Under the pieces are notes generated by a model, which was not told where the DNA came from, made no database searches, and saw only the letters and a program-made list of their open reading frames with translations. Positions 10,301 through 16,843 of a stretch of 54,844 bases of DNA are shown here, in pieces (within the stretch, counting starts at the first letter, position 1; every line of letters begins with the position of its first letter). The DNA comes from an uncultured bacterium (GTDB taxonomy: Bacteria; CSSED10-310; CAZUFC01). A program made the translations under genes and the position numbers. The stretch is taken from positions 1-54,844 of the forward strand of contig CAZUFC010000020.1 of the NCBI GenBank assembly GCA_964619725.1. The letters are read 5' to 3'.

Positions 10301-10959
10301 GTCGCTGAAATGTATATACCGTCGTCCCCGTTGCTCTGACAGAAAGAATCCGATACCGCAGGAATTCCCGAACCTTCAAAAGCGAATCCATAAGAACCGT
10401 TGTCGTGCACCGTGCTGAATGAAAACGACGGATCGCTCTCCCCCATCGTTCGCACGCCTGACGTGCTGCTGTGGCCTATATGGCAATGCATGAATCCAGC
10501 ATCAGAGTCGTCAAGAAATACAAGAGCGCTGTTGGCGTTGCCTCCGTATTCTATGATCGTGTAATCCAGAACGCTGTCGTCCGAGTTCTCCCGAAAATAC
10601 AGACTACGCCAGTATCCGGGCGTATGCGTCGCCTGATTCGACGTCATCGTCACCGGTTGAGCAATTGTACCGTCGCACTGCAAGCTCCCGTATTCCCCGG
10701 ATGACCCGCCCACGTATAAATTCACGTTCTGATTGAATCGAACTTCCACTCCCGCTTCTATCGTCAATTCTGCTCCATCCGTCACCGTCACGTCGCCCGT
10801 CACTATATAAGTCCCGTCCGGCGCAGGTGAGGTCAATCCCCATGTCGCATCCGCAGAAATATCTCCTGAAACGTCCACCGAACCGTTAACTCCCGCAGCA
10901 CAGAATACGAAAAGTATTCCCGCCAAAAAAATACTTGATTTTTTCCTTAATTCCGACAA
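4333..10959 (-). CDS. Giant secreted right-handed beta-helix repeat protein with C-terminal dockerin plus cohesin
   Basis: Seven tandem modules with G.DGPDNVTTLTLEPG.EL.F...GAL.A.G...I.FT...W.GIYF plus PbH1-like G(I/V)Y...N...I..C.I..N repeats. Duplicated Ca-binding loops GDVNNDGVITIEDAQ / ADCTGEGEITIGDAQ (~5140-4960). Cohesin homologous to those of the neighbouring gene (~4803-4410). Start moved from 11004 to TTG at 10959 because AGGAGG lies 6 nt upstream. Confidence 0.8.
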   Translation of the reverse strand: MSELRKKSSIFLAGILFVFCAAGVNGSVDVSGDISADATWGLTSPAPDGTYIVTGDVTVTDGAELTIEAGVEVRFNQNVNLYVGGSSGEYGSLQCDGTIAQPVTMTSNQATHTPGYWRSLYFRENSDDSVLDYTIIEYGGNANSALVFLDDSDAGFMHCHIGHSSTSGVRTMGESDPSFSFSTVHDNGSYGFAFEGSGIPAVSDSFCQSNGDDGIYISATGFPEISDTEISDNNGYGIYCSAAYSMITVTDCVISGNSSIPVRVGANRAGFLSGNTFSANGADYIEVIGATATHDCVWEDQGLPFRISGEIYVRGQDGPDLVTTMYFQEGVELQFESGFGITVGHDSQSGQTGALSADGSGGDQIIFTGTGVSTTWNGIYFSQYSGDNSMLNNCLIEYSNTHGITSNSASLSLVDCEINESNGHGIHVTGGPCLVSISSSIISDNTGHGVYCNDSTSGIQISGGNIINNAADYSLRLYAGYCGNITGVTLDKDIDVIAQNITDDTTWEGQDTDYILSAGMTVSGQSGPDNVTTLTILEGAVLRFPSQARLYIGHDSDGSRPGGLIIEGTEMNPVILTADSDTPGPGSWGDVYFARYADDTLCELNYATIEYAGQNFSGSDHYAVHCNYVSPVLYGCVIRHAEHMGIYIDHGAPIIEQCTIFDTGEHCIYFNESDGYVLDGVVSDPGPSHDCIRLTGACEPEISGNFIAYGSNYGIYCQNEISAPYINGNTFTQHHHAPVYIYARNVTRMGPPANVIIESPLTDWIYVVGDTINSDSIWRDHGTPYYISNNIYVRGKDGPDNVTTLTLEPGVELQFYYDRRLHIGSTTIDDPGALIAVGTDTERITFTGAYSLENYWQGIYFDDYTDDSICLMEYCDVYYGGRSYENIHCNASSPTFRHCRSFFGTGPGFYAYNWSNPVLENCEFAYNSNHGLYIDANSNVILADCYFHHNESSGVHVNNSSNADMTDTVLSHNYYGLYCNGYADTASFTGCSFLYNTYPVRINAAQAHAVVLAGNSYTGNDNQVLYIGGGTITQDTLWEQYSLLPYYVGGDINVRGTHGPDNVTTLTLEPGIELRFGQYYQLYIGSNDSATDTGALHAVGEAGNRILFTTQCDYPIPGEWDGIYFGRYADDALCIMEYCDVEYGGYGSYENIYCYDSSPTIRNCRIMYGEGNNIYCTNNAAPNIENCEIAYASSSGIYSTNNAAPQVTGCDIYHNSSYGIYSYSNGNPTISSSTIRFNSSYGIYTNGTSYLNLVDCTIDRNGRNGLYCNSTSDEVIVNGCAFTNHGEYPVSLYADQADGIQNCTFSGNINEEIEVRGGYIYEDCYWQNALPYYVSSHIYIEGTDGPDNVTTLTLQEGCELRFSGHYLYVGDDSNFYQPGALVAVGTASEPIIITSHNRHPSPGNWSGIHIRRYADDSICMLDHCEISYASHNVQCTYASPTIRNCKILFASSSNIYSNNYSSPVIENCEISRSNSYGVYCNGNAEAEITNSSVEENSSHGIYVTSTSNVSVSNTSISRNGSYGLYCTGANDSAIVSNCAFISNNSYPIRMHAQKLQGITDCTYIDNGNQIIYVTAENISQDTIWPSQDIPYYITGHIYVRGQDGGDNVTALTIEPGAVVMFSGNYYFYIGHDSNSSEPGALIAEGSAMEPIVFTTASFPPSLGSWKGLYFAKYCDDLVTSLKHVIVEYGGNSDPYDNVCCNGSSPVLENCELRFGSGHGVNCSASDANPTLIDCHIHDNTSSGVYASPGNVQISGGIIELNPQYGVYISPGTSGSSSSVVGTQIRYNHGGYGIYVNGSNAAPLIRNCNIHDNNSGGLGVGVYVTGSALPIIGGFASQRNSFSNHVGYAVYNDTSSTCVDARYNFWGMAGGPRDNWFVADGCMNDGNENPGAERVSDDVDYSGWIDFDFTPTPILTEIPTPVPTTTPSWAPTFTATPACINDGDVNNDGVITIEDAQITYMIVLGEYTPTFEETCSADCTGEGEITIGDAQCMYMFYLGLACECADSIPDGKKSGDAKSPLKNADVLSAGYLSVNLNEIDVMQIAEMIESDYAVWIENISGCEGDLIEIPIRIGGNDQAIDAFGFSLHYCTDMLEYVGFETGRPDLEWIMIGCNEPATGEIRSAGFLHPDDALPAESNEILMTLKFKVSCAECRIGERCELQFSYLTDDLSEANGLGASFVYCELTSSQLTEEYLDGRTLLMPMRALKQ

Positions 10960-11264
10960 CTTACACCTCCTATTTTTCCTTCTCCTACTGGATCGCTCAT
11001 TCAAGATCGAGCGAAACCGTTATTCTGATTAGTCCTAAGTCATGCCATTAACCGCACTCGAAATCTCTCATTTACCATAGTGTGGTTATGCGGCAGTCAG
11101 TCCGAAGTTCACCTCCTTTCCTGAACTCATATCTCGATACTTCCCCTGGAAACACCATGCTTCTCAGTTCCTTTACGGAAAAGCGATTATGGAAAAGACC
11201 GGAAGGATATCTTTTACTTGCCTCACAGAAAGCGTCAGTGATGATCTTTTGTAGATATCATTTT

Positions 11265-11292
11265 TTTATAATGATTTTTTCAGTAAAGTCAA
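11265..11292 (-). promoter_or_regulatory. Putative sigma70 promoter for the beta-helix/scaffoldin operon
   Basis: TTGACT-16 nt-TATAAA on the minus strand in an AT-rich intergenic region. Confidence 0.4.
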
Positions 11293-11504
11293 ATTTTTCT
11301 CATCTTTTTTTTAAATGCTTATGCAAATTTAGCTGAATGGTCCGATTGAAAGAGGAAAGCGCTCGCTGCCGGAAAGCATGAATAAAAATGGGTCCAACAA
11401 TCGCTATCCAGCATCCGCGACCCAGAATCCTTTTGCTTTTTAAGAAAAATTTCTTTAGTATTAGTCATGGTTTTTTAATTTCCTTTTTTTTCAAAGGAGT
11501 TTGA

Positions 11505-12599
11505 ATGACTTACCAGGTACTGTCGATTAATCCGGGCGGGGGTTCGACGAAGGTCGGTCTTTTTCGATTCGGCGAGGTTGAGGAAGTAATTTGGAAGGAA
11601 ACGATCCGTCACACGCGAGAGGAATTATCCCGGTTTGAGAGCGTATTGGAGCAGTGGGAATGGCGTCGGGATTTAATCGGCGATATTTGCGAAGCGCGGG
11701 GAATGGACTGGGGGGCGTTATCGGCAGCGGCGGGCCGAGGGGGACCTTTTCGCCCCTTGCCGGGCGGCGTTTACGCTGTTTCCGACTACATGATCCGTGA
11801 TATGGAGAAGGGCGATTATCAGGCAGAGCATCCCAGTCTGCTGGGGGCGCCGTTGGCGAGGACTTTTGCCGACAAGGCGGGCGTACCCAGTTATATAGTA
11901 GACCCGGTATGCACAGACGAGTTCATAGCGGAATCGAGGATCAGCGGTCATCCGGAGATACAGCGCCGCAGTTTGACGCATGCATTAAATTTAAAAGCGA
12001 TGTGTCGCCGGGCGGCTGTTGAGATGAACAGGAGATATGAAGAATTGCGTATAGTAGCGGTGCATCTGGGCAGCGGAGCCTCCGTAAGCGCTCATATATC
12101 GGGCAAAATAATTGATGCCAATGATTCAAGCGGCGAAGGGCCTTTCTGCACCCAACGAAGCGGCGGCTTACCGTGCCGTGAATTGATCAAGTGGCTGTTC
12201 AGGACCGGCAACGGGCTGAGATACATGGAAAAGACTCTCTTACAGAGAAGTGGGATATTCGCGTATATAGGGACGGATTCGTTTCCAGAGCTGAAAAAAC
12301 TGATGGACAAGGGTGATGGAAAGGCGTTTATGATTTACAAAGGATTATTGCATCAATTAAAGAAGGAAATAGCTGCCTATGCAGGAGTCCTGGACGGAAA
12401 AGTCGATCTTATTGTCATAGGCGGCGGATTGTTGTTTGATGAAGATTTCGCCGAAGAATTGAAGGAAGCGATAGAGTGGATAGCGCCGGTAAAAATTTAT
12501 CCCGGTGAAGATGAATTGCTGGCGTTGGCCCAGGGAGCGTACCGGGTCCTCGCCGGATTGGAAAAACCCAGGGATTATGCTGCTGAGATTATAAAATGA
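11505..12599 (+). CDS. buk: Butyrate (branched-chain carboxylate) kinase
   Basis: INPGGGSTK, GRGG, IVDPV..DE, HALNLKA, HLGSGASVSAH, PGEDELLALA motifs of the acetate/butyrate kinase family; AAGGAG RBS. Confidence 0.92.
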   Translation: MTYQVLSINPGGGSTKVGLFRFGEVEEVIWKETIRHTREELSRFESVLEQWEWRRDLIGDICEARGMDWGALSAAAGRGGPFRPLPGGVYAVSDYMIRDMEKGDYQAEHPSLLGAPLARTFADKAGVPSYIVDPVCTDEFIAESRISGHPEIQRRSLTHALNLKAMCRRAAVEMNRRYEELRIVAVHLGSGASVSAHISGKIIDANDSSGEGPFCTQRSGGLPCRELIKWLFRTGNGLRYMEKTLLQRSGIFAYIGTDSFPELKKLMDKGDGKAFMIYKGLLHQLKKEIAAYAGVLDGKVDLIVIGGGLLFDEDFAEELKEAIEWIAPVKIYPGEDELLALAQGAYRVLAGLEKPRDYAAEIIK

Positions 12600-13498
12600 G
12601 ATATGAAGATTTAAAACAGAGGGCGCTGAAGGGGCCAAAACCCGTGGTAGCGCTGGTGGAAGCGGCTGATGAAGCTGCGCTTAAGGCATTATATAGAATG
12701 AAACGGGAAAAACTGGCCGACGCTTTGCTTATCGGCGACTCTGCGAAGATCAGCAGGAGCCTGCAAGAGCTGAATTGGGATTTCCCTAACGAAAGCATCA
12801 TTAACGTTCATAATTCTGCGGAGGCTATTGATAGGGCTTGCCGGGCCGTGAGGGAAAAAGAGGCTGATCTAATCATGAAAGGAAAAATCGGCACGGGCGA
12901 TCTGATGAAAGGGGTGCTGAAAAAGCAGAATGGATTCGTAACGGGAAGCCTGCTGACGCATGTGGCGGTATTTCAAGTTCCGGTTTACGACCGTCTTTTG
13001 TGTTTAAGCGATACGGGGCTGGTTATTCAGCCTTCATTTGAGGAAAGAGTCGCCATCGTCCGCAATGCGATTGATTTTATGAGGCGAGCCGGTATAGAAA
13101 AACCCAACGTTGGCCTGGTTTCTGCGACGGAAAAGCCCAATCCTGCGATGCCCGACAGTCTCGATGCAGCGAGAATAATGGAAATGGCAGACCGCGGCGT
13201 ATTTCACGGTGCGAACATTCAAGGCCCCATAGACGTCTCAATAGCCTTGTCGCCGGAAGCAGCGCGCATTAAAAACGTTGACGATTCTTTTTCTGGAAAA
13301 TTCGATATTTGGATCGTTCCGGACATGATAGGGGGCAACATACTGGGCAAGACCCTGATCCACCTGGCCGGAGCGGAAGCCGGTGGAGTCATCGTAGGCG
13401 GAAGGACCCCTATTGTACTTTTATCCCGGGCATCCAGCGATGCAGACAAATTTAATTCCATCCTGCTGGGGCTGATAGGCGTAAAAACGGCGGAGTAA
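12596..13498 (+). CDS. ptb: Phosphate butyryltransferase / phosphate acyltransferase
   Basis: ADLIMKG, LLTHVAVF, GNILGK, PIVLLSRA motifs; overlaps the buk stop (ATGA). Confidence 0.88.
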   Translation: MRYEDLKQRALKGPKPVVALVEAADEAALKALYRMKREKLADALLIGDSAKISRSLQELNWDFPNESIINVHNSAEAIDRACRAVREKEADLIMKGKIGTGDLMKGVLKKQNGFVTGSLLTHVAVFQVPVYDRLLCLSDTGLVIQPSFEERVAIVRNAIDFMRRAGIEKPNVGLVSATEKPNPAMPDSLDAARIMEMADRGVFHGANIQGPIDVSIALSPEAARIKNVDDSFSGKFDIWIVPDMIGGNILGKTLIHLAGAEAGGVIVGGRTPIVLLSRASSDADKFNSILLGLIGVKTAE

Positions 13499-13537
13499 AA
13501 AATCCGATAAAACATCGGGATTAAAAAGGAATGAAAC

Positions 13538-15436
13538 ATGTCTCAAGTAACTGAAAAAACGAAAATTGAAACTGAACAGGAGTTTCTTTTAGGCAACGCG
13601 GCCATGGCCTGGGGACTGATAAAACACGACTGCCGCTTCGCTGCCTCCTATCCGGGAACCCCCAGTTCGGAAATATTAAAAGCAACGGCTTATCTGGCTG
13701 ATCGTTTTAAAGCATCGATTTATACGGAATGGTCGGTGAATGAAAAAGTGGCCGTGGAAACAGCCCTGGCTTCTTCTCTCACAGGAAAACGCTCGGCAGC
13801 CATCATGAAACAGGTGGGACTAAACGTGGCGGCTGATCCTCTTTTGAGCGCGGCTTATACGGGAGTAGTCGGCGGATTTGTCGTCATATCCGCGGACGAT
13901 CCGGGGCCTCATTCTTCGCAGACGGAACAGGATACGCGCATTTTCGGGAGGTTCGCCAAGGTTCCGGTATTGGACCCGTCATCGCCTGCCGAAGCTGTCG
14001 ATATGTTGGGCGATGCCTTCCGTATTTCCGAAAAATACCGGATTCCCGTTATCCTGCGTCCTTCACTGCGCATCTGTCATGCCAAGCAAAACATCCGTTA
14101 CAGCCGTATCGAAAGGGAAGAAAAGCCGGCTCAATTCGTCAAAGACCCCAACCGTTGGGCAGCGACTCCTCCTGAACGTTTTAAGTTGCATAAAGAATTA
14201 AATGAAAAACTGTACGAACTGAAAAATTCTAAAGAAATCAACGTCAAGCTGAACTTCATCAAACAGGGTACCGGCAAAAAAGGCATTATCGCCTGCGGCG
14301 TAGCCTACGCTATGCTGACGGACAGGCTTGATGAGCTGGGTATGCTCGATGAAGTTCCCGTGATGAAAATAGGCATGCCTGTGCCGCTCAACGTGCATGA
14401 AATAGAACTTTTTGTTGATGAACTTGACCGGGTGCTAATTCTGGAAGACCCTGACGTTGCAGTTGAAGAACAGATTACGCTCAGGAATAAAATCAACGGA
14501 CGCCTGGACGGGACCGTGCCCTCCGAAGGAGAATTGACGGCCGGTTTGCTCAACAAACTTATTTCCGATTTTCTTGATGTTCCGGAATCGTCGCCTGATG
14601 ACGAGGAGCCGGCGAAGGCCCTAGCCCTCGAAGGACTAGAATTGCCGGTGCGGCATGCTGTCCTTTGCGCAGGCTGTCCGCATCGAGCCTCCTTCTGGTC
14701 GATCAAAAAATCTTTTCCTGAAGGCATTTTCGCTTCTGATATAGGCTGTTATACGCTGGGTCGAAATCAGCAGGCCGTAGATACCTGTGTGGACATGGGG
14801 GCATCGGTCAGCATGGCTTCCGGCTTCTATCATGCTTTTAAACAGGATGATGCTGCCGTACCGCCGATTATCGCGACCATCGGCGATTCCACATTTTTCC
14901 ATTCAGGCTTGACCGGCCTGGCTAACGCCGTCTATACCGATGCCAGAATCATCCTGGTCATACTCGACAATTCCATTACAGCCATGACCGGCGGTCAACC
15001 GGTCCCCACATCAGGAATGCTCGCCGACGGCTCCCAGGGAAATGAATTACTTCTGGAAAAAGCCGTCGAAGGATTAAACGTAAAGTTCATACGCACTGTC
15101 GATCCTTATCGGACAAAAAAATTCCAGAATGTCCTGAAGGAAGCTCATGAATACGTCAATTCAGAAGAAGGCGGACCGGCAGTCATTATCTCCCGGCGTC
15201 CCTGCGTGCTCCACGACCCCGGATCGCTGGGCGATAAAACCGGTATGAAACTCGTCGTTACCGAAGAATGCGACGGCTGCGGCTGCTGCATTTCCGCCTT
15301 TGAATGCCCCGCTCTTAAATTCAACGCAGATGAGTCCAGGGTCGAAATCGACCATCCGCTGTGCGTTAAATGCGGGGTTTGCATCCAGGTCTGCCCTAAC
15401 CATGCTCTGCGATTCGTAAAGGAGAAATTATCGTGA
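13538..15436 (+). CDS. iorA: Indolepyruvate:ferredoxin oxidoreductase alpha subunit
   Basis: YPGTPSSEI, NEKVA, MKQVGLNVAADP, LCAGCPHR, DIGCY, IGDSTFFHSG (TPP) and C-terminal 2x[4Fe-4S] motifs. Confidence 0.93.
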   Translation: MSQVTEKTKIETEQEFLLGNAAMAWGLIKHDCRFAASYPGTPSSEILKATAYLADRFKASIYTEWSVNEKVAVETALASSLTGKRSAAIMKQVGLNVAADPLLSAAYTGVVGGFVVISADDPGPHSSQTEQDTRIFGRFAKVPVLDPSSPAEAVDMLGDAFRISEKYRIPVILRPSLRICHAKQNIRYSRIEREEKPAQFVKDPNRWAATPPERFKLHKELNEKLYELKNSKEINVKLNFIKQGTGKKGIIACGVAYAMLTDRLDELGMLDEVPVMKIGMPVPLNVHEIELFVDELDRVLILEDPDVAVEEQITLRNKINGRLDGTVPSEGELTAGLLNKLISDFLDVPESSPDDEEPAKALALEGLELPVRHAVLCAGCPHRASFWSIKKSFPEGIFASDIGCYTLGRNQQAVDTCVDMGASVSMASGFYHAFKQDDAAVPPIIATIGDSTFFHSGLTGLANAVYTDARIILVILDNSITAMTGGQPVPTSGMLADGSQGNELLLEKAVEGLNVKFIRTVDPYRTKKFQNVLKEAHEYVNSEEGGPAVIISRRPCVLHDPGSLGDKTGMKLVVTEECDGCGCCISAFECPALKFNADESRVEIDHPLCVKCGVCIQVCPNHALRFVKEKLS

Positions 15437-15999
15437 ATTGCCGTATCGTTCTTGTAGGAATCGGCGGCCAGGGAATACTCTTCGCCGGACGCACCATCGG
15501 AGAAACTGCCATGAGCCTGGGTCATGGAGTCATTGGTTCAGAAACCCACGGAATGAGCCAGAGAGGCGGCTTCGTTATCTCTCATCTTAAAATTGGCCGC
15601 TTTAACGGTCCCCTCATCGCTGAAGGTTCCGCTGATATCATGTTCGGGTTCTCCTTTGAAGAAACTCTTAAAAACCTTAGCTTCCTCAAACCGGGCGGCG
15701 CATGCATCTTTAATAAATCTGCTGACGCGGAAATGCCTTACTCCATCTCTGAGTATATTGAAAAAAAATCCATTAAAGCCGACGGGTTCGACGCTTTCAA
15801 GATTGCTTTTGAACTGGGAGGGCCTAAATCTGCCAACCTGGTTCTTCTCGGAGCTGCAACCATTTTACGCGACTTTCCGTTGACGATAGATCAGTTGAAA
15901 GAAACCGTCCGTAAAATATCGCCGCCGAAATTCCTGGAAAGCAACCTGAATGCACTCGATGCCGGCGCCAGAGAAATGTCTCTCATGATAACCGCTTGA
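15433..15999 (+). CDS. iorB: Indolepyruvate:ferredoxin oxidoreductase beta subunit
   Basis: GIGGQGI, SETHGMSQRGG motifs; GTG start overlapping the iorA stop. Confidence 0.92.
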   Translation: MNCRIVLVGIGGQGILFAGRTIGETAMSLGHGVIGSETHGMSQRGGFVISHLKIGRFNGPLIAEGSADIMFGFSFEETLKNLSFLKPGGACIFNKSADAEMPYSISEYIEKKSIKADGFDAFKIAFELGGPKSANLVLLGAATILRDFPLTIDQLKETVRKISPPKFLESNLNALDAGAREMSLMITA

Positions 16000-16146
16000 A
16001 ATTAACTATTCCGGCAATGATCAAAAATGCAGGTTTAACGGCAACAATTCGCATGCAGTCTTGATTGTTCAAGGAACGTTGAAAATCTGATAGAGCAAAA
16101 AATATTGGGCGAATGGCAAGTCGTTTTTCATTGGGAGTAATTCCGT

Positions 16147-16842
16147 TCACTTACAGGACTTCAACTCACAGGAAATTTTCCTGCATTGTTGCAGCAGGTC
16201 TTTTTTTGATTTAGTATTGTAAATGACGTAATCAGCCCGGTCGACCTTTTCTTTCAACGGCATCTGAGTCCTCAGCATCTTGCGGGCTTCCGTCATGCTT
16301 AAACCTCTCTTTTGCGTCAACCGCATCAACTGATCCCCTTCATAAGAAAAAACGACTATGATTTTATCGAACTTGTCCTGGAGACCCGTCTCGAACAATA
16401 AGGGAGTTTCGCACATAATGAGGTCATTACGTTCTTTTTCGTAGTATTCTATTTGCTCTTCCATGGCCCGGATAATGAAGGGATGCGTTATTGCGTTGAG
16501 CTTTTTCATGGCGGAATTATCGCTGAGGACAATTTTGCGCAATTTGGAACGGTCTATTTCGCCGGAATCCGAGCAGATATTGCTGCCGAAAATCCGTTTG
16601 AGCAGACCGCTCACTTTCCCTCCCGGGGCCATCACCTGATGCGCCAACCGGTCTGCGTCGACCACAGGGATCGATTCGCATCTGAAAAATGAAGCGGCGA
16701 GGGATTTGCCTGAAGCTATTCCGCCTGTCAAACCTACGTGCAGAACTTTTTTATCGTTGGATTTGCATCTGGTCAACTGACTATCGCCTCGGTTCGTAAT
16801 GAACTCCAGTCTAATTATGCATTGCTCTCCGGGAATAGTCAA
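16147..16842 (-). CDS. coaE: Dephospho-CoA kinase (true start may be ~20-30 codons downstream)
   Basis: GLTGGIASGKS, DAD.LAH, ITHPFI, PLLFE, ADYVIYN; directly after polA. Confidence 0.93.
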   Translation of the reverse strand: MTIPGEQCIIRLEFITNRGDSQLTRCKSNDKKVLHVGLTGGIASGKSLAASFFRCESIPVVDADRLAHQVMAPGGKVSGLLKRIFGSNICSDSGEIDRSKLRKIVLSDNSAMKKLNAITHPFIIRAMEEQIEYYEKERNDLIMCETPLLFETGLQDKFDKIIVVFSYEGDQLMRLTQKRGLSMTEARKMLRTQMPLKEKVDRADYVIYNTKSKKDLLQQCRKISCELKSCK

Positions 16843-16843
16843 A

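Noticed and set aside
619-10959. Classical cellulosome gene cluster
   Set aside because: No recognisable glycoside hydrolase, CBM3 or SLH domain in the window; cannot be excluded genome-wide
10960-11004. ORF-track N-terminal extension MNERSSRRRKNRRCK as a Tat signal
   Set aside because: The Arg codons are the purine-rich RBS region; TTG at 10959 with AGGAGG 6 nt upstream is the more plausible start
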